Notes under the pieces: generated by a model
Told to the model about the DNA's origin: nothing
The model's database searches: none
What the model saw: only the letters and a program-made list of their open reading frames with translations
Made by a program: the position numbers and the translations under genes
Shown: positions 9,510-18,683 of the stretch, one piece after another
Layout: each line of letters begins with the position of its first letter
Numbering within the stretch: the stretch's first letter is position 1
DNA from: Pyrinomonadaceae bacterium
Lineage (GTDB): Bacteria; Acidobacteriota; Blastocatellia; Pyrinomonadales; Pyrinomonadaceae
NCBI GenBank assembly: GCA_041750855.1
Contig: JBGSYT010000172.1
Coordinates: 6,802 to 70,801, forward strand
DNA length: 64,000 nt
Direction: 5' to 3'

Positions 9510-10455
9510 ACAAACTCTTCGCTTTCGTCGCGATCATTCGCAACGCGCCACCGAGATAGTATTCTGCCGAGGCAAGGTCGATTTGTTCAGAGCCAAATCC
9601 AATTTTAAATTCGGAGAGGCCCGATCCCTTTTCTTCGACGCCGCCGATATTGAATACTCTTAGGGATTCATCCTTCAGGCGACAGGCAACTTCATGAAAA
9701 AGAAAATGCGAAGCTCCCACCGCTCGTCCATTGTCGCTGGTGCCGGAACTCTGAGCATAAGCTCCCGTTCGGCTTTTGGCGATGAAAAGTGTACCCATGA
9801 TCTCGTCACCCTTTACAACTCGATACAGATCACCGACGCCATAGGCGAGGAACTTCTCGATCTCGACCTTGTTTATCTCTGAATCAATAGCCGCACCTTT
9901 CTTTTTAAGCCGGCCGAGCGTCAGATTTGCAAGTGCAACATGTGTGCCTGCGTCTTCGGGGTCATTGCTCTTTTGCAGCTCAAGCCCTGCTTCGCGCGCC
10001 CGCGTTACCATTCTTCGATGGCGTCGGTTCAGGAGTGCCCACAGGTCTGGCTTAGTCAGGTCGATCCGAAACTCACGTCTCTCTTGCCTTGTTAGGGCAC
10101 TCGGCGAAGATGGGAGTTCCGCCGTGGTGGATGCGAAAGTATTCACATCAAACCAGGTTATCGCTTGTTTGCGACAACGTTCGAAAAGATTGGTCCAAAA
10201 CAGATCCCTGTCCGCAAGGGGAGGAAGGGATATAATCTCCAGCCGGGTGTTTAGGCGGCCGCGGGTCAAAAAAGCGATGCAGCCGGTAGCGATTGTGTCC
10301 CCATCTTCGAGTGTGACGGTAACCGGTTCCGCCCCCAGGTCTCTGCGCACACTGCAAAACGCCGGCGTTACAAATGGACTTTCCGGGTAGAGTTCTGCGA
10401 TCTTTTCAATCTGGGCGTCGGAGGGGTCGTCCGTAGCCCTAAAGGTCAATGTCAT
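9496..10455 (-). CDS. FemAB-like / GNAT-fold acyltransferase (PEP-CTERM-associated FemAB-related type)
   Basis: It is a 319-aa two-lobed protein with a layout like FemAB-family proteins of exosortase loci. Its ATGA start/stop overlap with the upstream gene is at 10452-10455. Its 3' end overlaps the convergent asnB paralog by 14 nt. Confidence 0.6.
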   Translation of the reverse strand: MTLTFRATDDPSDAQIEKIAELYPESPFVTPAFCSVRRDLGAEPVTVTLEDGDTIATGCIAFLTRGRLNTRLEIISLPPLADRDLFWTNLFERCRKQAITWFDVNTFASTTAELPSSPSALTRQERREFRIDLTKPDLWALLNRRHRRMVTRAREAGLELQKSNDPEDAGTHVALANLTLGRLKKKGAAIDSEINKVEIEKFLAYGVGDLYRVVKGDEIMGTLFIAKSRTGAYAQSSGTSDNGRAVGASHFLFHEVACRLKDESLRVFNIGGVEEKGSGLSEFKIGFGSEQIDLASAEYYLGGALRMIATKAKSLFIGT

Positions 10456-11645
10456 TCTGATCGCTCCCCCCTACGGGCCTCGTCTTCAAGCACGAGCGCA
10501 TCCACCATGAACTTGGTGGCCCAGTTTGGGTATTCGTAGGTACAATAGCCGCCAGAGACAGGGAAAGAGCCCTTGACCGCACCTCGAATTTCCTCGGGCC
10601 CATCCACACGGACCGTTCGCCTAACATAACCGTTGGCGGCAAACGCCGCATCACGAAATCGTACGTCGCCCTCAAAGCTATAAAGCATCAGCCAGCAAGC
10701 CGCAATTTGAACATTTCCTGTTAGGCATGTCCATTTGACAGTACCGTTCCAATTCTTATCCAGACGGCCGGGGAGAGCTCCATCTGGACGCTGTACTTCA
10801 GTAAGGGCCGCTGCGGTCTTGAGTGCGGCTGTTAAAAACGCTTTGTCCTCAGTGTAGCGGTAGGCTTCGACCACGCCCCGCAACACATATCCTATAGTAT
10901 GGGTGAGCGGATGTCCGGGCTCGGAAAGGCAGCAGTCGCGGAACCACCCGTTATCATTTTGCTGTCGAAGCGCCCATCGGACATTTGCGATCGCCGAATC
11001 GGCGTACGCCGTTCCCGGCTCTTGTCTGGCCGCTTCGAACAATCCCCATGAAACATGGGTCTCGTACGTCTTGTCCGTCGGCGTTGTAAACGGTGACCGG
11101 TGACTTCGCCAACATCCGTCTGAGTCCTGTGTCTTTACGAGCCAGTCGGCCGCGCGCTGCATCGGTTCGCGGTAATCGTCACCGAAAACTTCCGTCCCTG
11201 CTGCGAGTCCCATTAAGATCTGCCCGGTATTGAAAGTGACTGGAACGACCGGACTCGCTCCGATAACGCTTCCCTGGAAACCGCCTTCCGGAAACTGGAT
11301 CGATGCGAGCCAATCCAACATCCGACGTGCACGTGACGCGGCTTCGGCATCATCGTTTATGCTAGAATGGGTGAGGAGGGTCGGAATGATATAACCAGTC
11401 GTTTCCGGGTAGGAAGCATTCCATCCTTTAAGCAAGCTGTAGTCGCGAGCGACGCCGCCATCCTTTGAGCTTGAATTGTCCTGTGCCCGTCCAAGCCAAT
11501 CGATCGCAGCCCTTATCACGCGCTGGTTGCCCGGATCGTGTTCCGGCAGTCCTTTTTTGTCCGATTCCCGTTCAGCAAGCGCGGCTTCGGTGAAATTCTC
11601 ATGGCCAAGCGCGTTCTTGATCGAGCTGATAAATGTTCGGATCAT
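10452..11645 (-). CDS. (alpha/alpha)6-barrel protein with prenyltransferase/squalene-cyclase-like repeats
   Basis: It has repeated Q-x-x-DG-x-W-like motifs (QFPEGGFQG, TQDSDGCWRS, QQNDNGWFRD, VQRPDGALPG). Confidence 0.5.
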   Translation of the reverse strand: MIRTFISSIKNALGHENFTEAALAERESDKKGLPEHDPGNQRVIRAAIDWLGRAQDNSSSKDGGVARDYSLLKGWNASYPETTGYIIPTLLTHSSINDDAEAASRARRMLDWLASIQFPEGGFQGSVIGASPVVPVTFNTGQILMGLAAGTEVFGDDYREPMQRAADWLVKTQDSDGCWRSHRSPFTTPTDKTYETHVSWGLFEAARQEPGTAYADSAIANVRWALRQQNDNGWFRDCCLSEPGHPLTHTIGYVLRGVVEAYRYTEDKAFLTAALKTAAALTEVQRPDGALPGRLDKNWNGTVKWTCLTGNVQIAACWLMLYSFEGDVRFRDAAFAANGYVRRTVRVDGPEEIRGAVKGSFPVSGGYCTYEYPNWATKFMVDALVLEDEARRGERSE

Positions 11646-12017
11646 CGGGATAAAGGTAGTAGAAAGGAACGACGGAAAGTTAAGATGAAATATCTGATAA
11701 ACTTCTTGTAATGTCGTTTAAGTTTAATACCCACCGGGCCGGAAAGTCAAAAAATATACCGCAAAATCTTTGGTTTTTAAGGGAGATATCACCTCGATCC
11801 GATAGCCTTAAATCAAGGGAAAATCAAACGGCTTTCCGAAAACAGGAATTTCACTATTTAGCGAACTTTTTCCAAATCCCACTCAGCTTCGGCCCCTGAC
11901 AGGTCCAATACAGTTTTCATTTATCCGCCGAAAAGGCCGCGCAGGTGAATATGACCCAACAAGTTATCGGCCCTGATGCCACAAGATGCGGCGACTCAAC
12001 AGATTACAGAGCTGTGA

Positions 12018-13286
12018 CTAATACAGTACTTTAAGTTCAGTTATCAATTTGTCAAAGTCGGCCGCGACTCGCTCGACCGCGAACCGTTCTCGAACAGCCT
12101 GCGTGCCCCAGTCGCCGCGGGACCCAGCGTTTCGACGGCTCACAAGCAGCTTAATGAAGTCTGAGAGGCTTTCTACAACCACCTCGGCGTCTGCGGGATT
12201 GCCTACAAAACCGCCCAGTTCGTGAATTAAGTTTGCCGCGGTGCCTTTTGGGGAAAGGCCAAATACAGGCCTGCCGGAGCCAATGTAGTCGATCAATTTG
12301 GACGGCAGAAAAACACTGACGTCAGCCGGTGCGTCTATCACCAACAATCCGTCGGACTCCGACATCAACGTGAGACTCTCCGCATAGTCCACGCTCGGTA
12401 GAGCGGCGATCAAATTTTCAGGAAGCCCGCTTGCCAGAGTTTTTACTTCTTCGATGTTGCCCTCGCCGATCAATTCGAACTTGATGCCGTGAAGCCGTTC
12501 CGGTGCTCGATGATGGATCAATGACAATGCCTCAATGAGTGGACGCGGTGTTCGGGAGCCATAGAAGTTACCTAAATATCTAATACAAATAGGTTTCCCG
12601 TCGTTTGGCGATCCGGTGTCATACCTCTTCTTGTCAAAACACTGAGGCAAGATCCGCGCTTTCTGACGAATTTCGGCCGGGTACTTTCTGCAGAAAAGAT
12701 CAACCGTTTCCCAGGAAGTAAACACCAACAGGTCGGCAGATTCGGCTACCCGGCGTTCGAGTTCGCGGTTCAACGCGAGCGTGTGTTCGTCGAATGGAGT
12801 GAAGGGATTGTCAGACCAAGGGTCGCTGAAATGGGCAAGCCACGGCAGGCCTGATCGTTGTTTCAATTCCAGCCCGATCAAATGATCTGAGAACGGCTGT
12901 GCAAAGGTTACGATCGCATTTACGTTCGATTCGATGTTGTCAAAACGGTTACGGATCGTTCGGACCACATCTTTTCGCCATCTTCCATACTTATCCGGGA
13001 CGAGATTCCTTCGATTCCAATAGCCTCGAATATATCTGTAAGAGAGGCTATCTATAAGCCTGTCCCAGGCAGGCTTTCTTACAGGAGTAGGAACCAGACA
13101 AGCCAAACCGAGAGACGGATCGGCCTCGATCGTACGGTCGAATCTCGTACCGGGCTCGTCCGCGCAGAATACAAACGATTCGCCACCCCAGTGTTTCAAT
13201 AGTCGTGCGACCTGTACCGAACGGGGGTACGCCAGGGGGGGAAATGCGAGCGAGACTACTAATATCCTTTTACCCGATTGACTCAT
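12018..13286 (-). CDS. GT-B fold glycosyltransferase (GT4/GT1-like)
   Basis: The N-terminal RILVVSLAFPP and the C-terminal FLPSKLIDYIGSGRPVFG motif are typical of GT-B glycosyltransferases. Confidence 0.7.
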   Translation of the reverse strand: MSQSGKRILVVSLAFPPLAYPRSVQVARLLKHWGGESFVFCADEPGTRFDRTIEADPSLGLACLVPTPVRKPAWDRLIDSLSYRYIRGYWNRRNLVPDKYGRWRKDVVRTIRNRFDNIESNVNAIVTFAQPFSDHLIGLELKQRSGLPWLAHFSDPWSDNPFTPFDEHTLALNRELERRVAESADLLVFTSWETVDLFCRKYPAEIRQKARILPQCFDKKRYDTGSPNDGKPICIRYLGNFYGSRTPRPLIEALSLIHHRAPERLHGIKFELIGEGNIEEVKTLASGLPENLIAALPSVDYAESLTLMSESDGLLVIDAPADVSVFLPSKLIDYIGSGRPVFGLSPKGTAANLIHELGGFVGNPADAEVVVESLSDFIKLLVSRRNAGSRGDWGTQAVRERFAVERVAADFDKLITELKVLY

Positions 13287-13548
13287 ACCACCGAGGACGA
13301 AAGCTCATTCGACAAGAAAAGTAACAGTACAACTGAAATTTCACTTAATTATGGAATAAAGGCAAACCCTAAGGGTTAGTCGGCGGCGAGTATAACGGAA
13401 TAGTTGTAAGATAGTACTGGCCTGCTTTTAGCGAGGTGGCCATTCCGCTTGTAAACCCCGGGCCGAGATGGCCTGCTTAATCGAGTACTGAAATGCTCAT
13501 GCAAAAACGGGATTAAGTGTTAATTGATTCTATCAGTTAAGTTGACCG

Positions 13549-14346
13549 GTGTATCTAGGAATGTTGTTGAAACTGCCTTGCAGACTGGGCCTGATACTAG
13601 TTGATCAAATGAGAGACCTTCCCAACGAGTTTTACGTGTTTTTGCGACGCAAACTTGTTCCGGAACTAAGATATTCGCAATTGATCTTTGAGGAAGAACT
13701 GGCGAATTACGTTGAGGCCGAAATGAACTGGCTCGACGTTGGGTGTGGGCATCAGCTGCTGCCGGCATGGCGGCTCGACGAGGAAAGGGCACTTGTTGGG
13801 CAGGCGAAAATGATCGTAGGTATTGACCCGGATCTTGCCTCTCTTAAGCGGCATGTAAGTATAAGTAGGAGAATCGTTGGCTCAGCTTCGGCCTTGCCTT
13901 TCGACGACGGATGCTTTGATCTGGTTACCGCGAATATGGTGGTCGAACATCTAGATAATCCAGTGCGACAGTTCTCTGAGATAATTCGCGTGCTAAGACC
14001 CGGCGGGCGATTTGTTTTTCATACGGTCAACCGGTCGGGCTATTTCGCCCGGATGCGGAAACTTGTGCCGGACCGGCTTGCGAAAACCATGGCCGCCCTG
14101 CTTGACGGTCGAAGCGCCGAGGACGTTTACGGCGTGCATTATCTGGCGAACGACGAACCTGAGTTGACCAGGCTCTCGAAGCAGATCGGCTCCGAGATCG
14201 AGGCAATAGAATTTATCAGCTCTGATGCAGTTTTTGCCGTCGTTCCACCGCTTGCGGCTGTGGAGTTGGTTTGGATCAAATTGCTGATGAGGCCGTGGCT
14301 CAAGAGATTGCGGACTAATTTGATCGTCGTAATGCGGAAACGTTAG
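13549..14346 (+). CDS. Class I SAM-dependent methyltransferase
   Basis: Motif I is WLDVGCGHQ, and further motifs are LVTANMVVEHLDNP and LRPGGRFVFHT. The start is uncertain: GTG at 13549, ATG at 13561. Confidence 0.8.
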   Translation: MYLGMLLKLPCRLGLILVDQMRDLPNEFYVFLRRKLVPELRYSQLIFEEELANYVEAEMNWLDVGCGHQLLPAWRLDEERALVGQAKMIVGIDPDLASLKRHVSISRRIVGSASALPFDDGCFDLVTANMVVEHLDNPVRQFSEIIRVLRPGGRFVFHTVNRSGYFARMRKLVPDRLAKTMAALLDGRSAEDVYGVHYLANDEPELTRLSKQIGSEIEAIEFISSDAVFAVVPPLAAVELVWIKLLMRPWLKRLRTNLIVVMRKR

Positions 14347-14358
14347 GTTTATTGATCG

Positions 14359-15903
14359 GTGATGGGAAAAAGCAATAAAGGATTTGATTCATTGCGACCG
14401 GGTAGCAGCAAAGGCTCCTCGGGTACACACGCGAGTGTTCAATCCATGCGATCAAAAAAGGCGACGCCGACTTTTTCTAACACCGAAAAGATCGAAGCAG
14501 AAGGTCTGATGGAAGTTGGCTCGGAGGAGGTTATACAATCAGCAACGCTTCCGGCCGAGTCAGAAGTGGATGAGCCCCAGACCGAATCGGTAACGCCTGC
14601 GTTAACCGAACAAGATGAAAAGACTACAGCCTGGCTGCCGAAGCATGGACATACACTCACGTTCGCCGGCATCTTTCTTTTCACGGCAGTACTGTATTTC
14701 CGTCCATACGAATTGATCCCGGGGCTTGCTGGCTTTACGTCGATGGCGCTGATCATCGCGGTCGCTACGCTCCTGGTATATATACCGTCGCAGCTGAGTT
14801 CGATGGGGAATATAACGAGCCTACCCGTCGAGATCAAGTGCGTGCTATTCCTTACAGGGTCGGCATTCGTTACTATGCCGATAGCGAAAGACCTGTCGCT
14901 CGCGTGGACCGAGTTTTCGGAGGTATTCGTCAAAACGGTCGTGATCTTTGTCATTATGGTCAATACCCTAGCCAGCGCGACGCGGATCAAGGCGCTGATG
15001 TGGCTGGGAATCGGTGTCGGATTGATGTTGAGCTATCAGGCGATCGGACTCTATCAAAAAGGCGAGTTCCAGACGGACGGATATCGCGTCAGCATCGATT
15101 TTGGCGGAATGTTCGGGAATCCGAACGATATGTCGATCCATTTGGTGATCTTCATCCCACTGGCATTCGTACTGGGCCTCGCGACCAAAAACTGGATCAT
15201 GAAGGCAATTTACTTTGTGGCTTCAGGTTTGATGATAGCTGCTGTCATCGTCACTCAGTCACGCGGCGGGTTCCTTGGCTTACTGGCTCTTACAGCGATA
15301 TTGGCTTGGAAGCTCGGGCACAGTCGCAGGTTCAAGACCATGCTGGCGACCGGGGTTTTGCTGATTGGCGTGTTGGCATTTGCTCCGGGAAACTATGGCA
15401 CGAGAGTGGCGTCGATCTTTATTCCGTCCCTGGATCCTGTTGGGTCGTCCGGAGCGCGAATCGAGGCCTTGCAACGCTCAATGATCGTAACCCTTCGCAA
15501 TCCGCTGGGAATCGGCATCGGCAATTCGCCGATCGTGGGCATTCAGGAGCTAGGAACACATAATGCCTATACTCAGGTTTCGTCCGAATTAGGCTGGCTG
15601 GCGATCGCGGCGTACTTCTTGCTGTTGCTTTATCCGATCCGTAGGCTTGGTCAGGTCGAACGCGACTTATATCAACGCAATGATCATAGTTGGATCTATC
15701 TGCTTTCTATCGGAGTTCAGGCAAGCATTGCGGCGTATATGGTGGCTAGCTTTTTCGCATCCGTGGCCTACCAATGGTACGTGTATTATCCTATCGCCTT
15801 CGCAATAGGCCTCCGCCATATCTACCAGATAGAAGAAGAAGCTCAGGAGCGAAAGGCAACCGATCAAACCCTAACGCAGGAACCGGAGGTGAGATACGCT
15901 TAG
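14359..15903 (+). CDS. O-antigen ligase/polymerase family membrane protein (Wzy-like) with an N-terminal low-complexity extension
   Basis: It has about 10 or more predicted TM helices and a Wzy_C-like loop (QSRGGFLGLLAL ... GTHNAYTQV). The first ~95 aa are hydrophilic and Ser/Glu/Thr-rich. Confidence 0.75.
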   Translation: MMGKSNKGFDSLRPGSSKGSSGTHASVQSMRSKKATPTFSNTEKIEAEGLMEVGSEEVIQSATLPAESEVDEPQTESVTPALTEQDEKTTAWLPKHGHTLTFAGIFLFTAVLYFRPYELIPGLAGFTSMALIIAVATLLVYIPSQLSSMGNITSLPVEIKCVLFLTGSAFVTMPIAKDLSLAWTEFSEVFVKTVVIFVIMVNTLASATRIKALMWLGIGVGLMLSYQAIGLYQKGEFQTDGYRVSIDFGGMFGNPNDMSIHLVIFIPLAFVLGLATKNWIMKAIYFVASGLMIAAVIVTQSRGGFLGLLALTAILAWKLGHSRRFKTMLATGVLLIGVLAFAPGNYGTRVASIFIPSLDPVGSSGARIEALQRSMIVTLRNPLGIGIGNSPIVGIQELGTHNAYTQVSSELGWLAIAAYFLLLLYPIRRLGQVERDLYQRNDHSWIYLLSIGVQASIAAYMVASFFASVAYQWYVYYPIAFAIGLRHIYQIEEEAQERKATDQTLTQEPEVRYA

Positions 15904-15904
15904 T

Positions 15905-17077
15905 ATGGACCTGAGCCTTTTCGCCACCCTCACCTTCGCCCTGAGTTTAATCGCGATTGGCTATGTCTATGCCGGCTATCCGCTGCTTGTGTTTCTGGTA
16001 AGCAGGGTTTGGCCCAAATCGGTCACAAAAGGAGTTATTGAGCCGAATGTGACGATCGTAATTACTGCTTACAACGAGGAACGCGACATCAGGCAAAAGA
16101 TAGAGAACACGCTCGCTCTAGATTATCCCTGCGAAAAGCTGGAGATCATTGTAGCGTCCGACTGTTCCAGCGACGCCACCGACCAGATAGTCGAGGAGTT
16201 TGCCGATCGCGGCGTTCGCCTTGTTCGTCAGCCTCATCGCGGCGGAAAAACATCGGCGCAAAACCTGGCAGTCGAGCACGCGAGGAGCGAGATCATTCAT
16301 TTTTCCGATGCGACGTCTATCTATGAGCCAAGTGTTATCCGTGAAATAGTCGCCAACTTTGCCGACCCAACGGTTGGCTGCGTCGCGGGAAAGTTAAACT
16401 ATGTTGACCCGGCGCGCACCGGCATCGGTTCGGGGGCCCGTTCGTACTGGAGCTACGAAACGCTTCTTAAAGAGAGCGAAAGCAGCGCATGCTCGCTGAT
16501 CGGGGTTTCAGGATGCATTTATGCGGTTCGACGAGAGAATTATGTTCCGATGTATCCCGAAGCATGTTCAGATTTTCTCATCGCAACGGAGATCTATCGA
16601 CAGGGCCTGAGAACAGTGTATGAGCCAATGGCCGTGTGTACGGAAGTAACGAACAAGAGAACCGATAAAGAGTTGAGAATGCGCATCAGGGTCATCTCTC
16701 AAACATTCACCGACTTATGGAGGAATCGCGAAATGCTCAACCCTTTTCGAAGCGGGTTTTTTGCCGTACAGCTTATATCGCACAAAGTACTGCGCTACAG
16801 CGTCCCGCTGTTCATGGCCGGAGCCCTTGTCTCGTCGACGTATCTGGCGGCCGAATCGGGATTTTTTCTTGCAATTTTGATCGTTCAGGCAGGTTTCTAC
16901 GCGGCGGCATTCGGGGGGTGGCTAATCGGCCGGAGCGGCCGAAGGCCGGGACCTCTCTCCATACCTCTATATTTCGTGTTGGCAAATGTGGCTGCAGTTG
17001 CGGGCTTTATCCAGTTTCTTCGGGGTGAAAGGTATTCGGCATGGGAGCCGATCAGGGAATCGGGACAGCGTGTTTAA
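15905..17077 (+). CDS. Family 2 glycosyltransferase with flanking TM helices
   Basis: The motifs VTIVITAYNEE, ASDCSSDATD and FSDATS belong to the GT-A fold. It has an N-terminal TM and several C-terminal TMs. Confidence 0.85.
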   Translation: MDLSLFATLTFALSLIAIGYVYAGYPLLVFLVSRVWPKSVTKGVIEPNVTIVITAYNEERDIRQKIENTLALDYPCEKLEIIVASDCSSDATDQIVEEFADRGVRLVRQPHRGGKTSAQNLAVEHARSEIIHFSDATSIYEPSVIREIVANFADPTVGCVAGKLNYVDPARTGIGSGARSYWSYETLLKESESSACSLIGVSGCIYAVRRENYVPMYPEACSDFLIATEIYRQGLRTVYEPMAVCTEVTNKRTDKELRMRIRVISQTFTDLWRNREMLNPFRSGFFAVQLISHKVLRYSVPLFMAGALVSSTYLAAESGFFLAILIVQAGFYAAAFGGWLIGRSGRRPGPLSIPLYFVLANVAAVAGFIQFLRGERYSAWEPIRESGQRV

Positions 17078-17083
17078 CAACAG

Positions 17084-18676
17084 ATGACGGAAATAGGGCG
17101 AAAAAAATCGTCGTTAACCAGCCAGAGTGCATGGATCCTCGTAGCAAAGTTTATCGGCTTTGTTGTGAATACGATCTTGCCCTTGCTTGTTGTCCGTTAT
17201 CTTTCCATCGACAACGTCGGTGTCTATCGCCAGTCGTTCCTAGTTGCTGCCGACGCTGTGCTCGTGCTTCCGCTCGGCCTGTCGATGTCAGCATATTATT
17301 TCCTGAATCGGGATCCTGAAAAGCAGCCGGCCGCCGTGCTGAACATCGTCGCATTTAACTTCGTAATGGGAGCGGCAGCCTTTTCGTTGCTTTTTTTCTT
17401 CCCGGAAGTATTGGGATCGACTTTTCGAAGTCCCGAACTTGAGCGGCTTGCTCCGGTGATCGGGCTTGCTATCTGGCTCTGGCTGTTTGCGGCGTTTCTG
17501 GAAACAGCGGCGTTAGCTCTACAGGAAGCCCGCCTTGCGGCCGGATTCATCGTTCTTTTCAACGTTCTCAAAGCATCGTTCATGGTATTCGCGGTGATAG
17601 TTTACGGAAGCGTCGATTCGCTTCTGTATGCTGCGATCATCATGTTCGCTGTTCAGTCCGCAGTGTTGGTGGCTTTCCTCCAATACCGATTCCCGCGATT
17701 CTGGACAGCGATAGATCTGCCTTTCTTTCGGAAGCAGTTGGCCTATGCGCTTCCTTTCGGTTTTTCGGTCCTCCTTTATGTTGGGCAATCTGACGCACAC
17801 AACTATTTCGTCAGCCACAGCTTTAGCGCCGCAGAATTTGCTATTTACTCGGTCGGCTGCTTCCAGCTACCGTTGATAGCGATGCTTTATGAATCCGTCG
17901 GGGCGGTGATGATCCCACGGATGAGCCAACTACAGGACGAAAATAAGAAGCGCGAGATCCTCCAACTTGCTGTTGCCGCCACACAGAAACTCGCGTTTTT
18001 CTATTTTCCGTTATTCGCATTTCTTATGATCGTGGCAGATGAGCTCATTACGACTCTTTTTACAAACGACTATGCAGCCAGTGCGAACATCTTTCGAATA
18101 AACCTATTTACGCTGCCGCTTTACTGTTTGATGGTCGATCCGATAACGCGAGCGTTTATCTATGCGGGCCGATTCTTGCTCAAGGTCAGGATCGTAATTT
18201 GCGTTGTGCTGTTTACGGTGTTTTGGCTAGGCATCGGTCGTTTTGGTCTGATCGAAATGATCTCGGTCGTCGTGCTGGCAATACTCTTCGAAAAGCTTAT
18301 GGCCGCATGGATCTCAGCGAGGATGCTTGAGGCAAGGCTTACCGATATAGCATTGTTTCGAAGCATCGGCAGGTTGGCGATCGCAGCCGCGATAGCGGCC
18401 GGCGGCCTTCTGGCATTCTATCTTGTCGTGGGCGGAAGGCTACTTGAAACGACGGTCTCAATAAGCAGGCAAGCCCTTGCAGCCGTTGATATCTCAAAGG
18501 GCCATGACTTACTCGGAGGATGTGTTTTCCTCGGTATCTGCTTTGTGTTTTATGGTTCGGCCTACCTGGTTGCAGCAAGCCTTCTCGGGGCGATCGACCC
18601 GGACGATAAGGAACGTTTGTTCCACGCTGTCGGACGCTTTGTGAGGTGGAAAAAAGTGGAGGAGGAAGCGGCCTGA
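17084..18676 (+). CDS. Oligosaccharide flippase (MOP/Wzx family)
   Basis: It is a 530-aa polytopic membrane protein with about 12-14 TM segments, at the typical position in a Wzx/Wzy locus. Confidence 0.7.
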   Translation: MTEIGRKKSSLTSQSAWILVAKFIGFVVNTILPLLVVRYLSIDNVGVYRQSFLVAADAVLVLPLGLSMSAYYFLNRDPEKQPAAVLNIVAFNFVMGAAAFSLLFFFPEVLGSTFRSPELERLAPVIGLAIWLWLFAAFLETAALALQEARLAAGFIVLFNVLKASFMVFAVIVYGSVDSLLYAAIIMFAVQSAVLVAFLQYRFPRFWTAIDLPFFRKQLAYALPFGFSVLLYVGQSDAHNYFVSHSFSAAEFAIYSVGCFQLPLIAMLYESVGAVMIPRMSQLQDENKKREILQLAVAATQKLAFFYFPLFAFLMIVADELITTLFTNDYAASANIFRINLFTLPLYCLMVDPITRAFIYAGRFLLKVRIVICVVLFTVFWLGIGRFGLIEMISVVVLAILFEKLMAAWISARMLEARLTDIALFRSIGRLAIAAAIAAGGLLAFYLVVGGRLLETTVSISRQALAAVDISKGHDLLGGCVFLGICFVFYGSAYLVAASLLGAIDPDDKERLFHAVGRFVRWKKVEEEAA

Positions 18677-18683
18677 TAAATTG

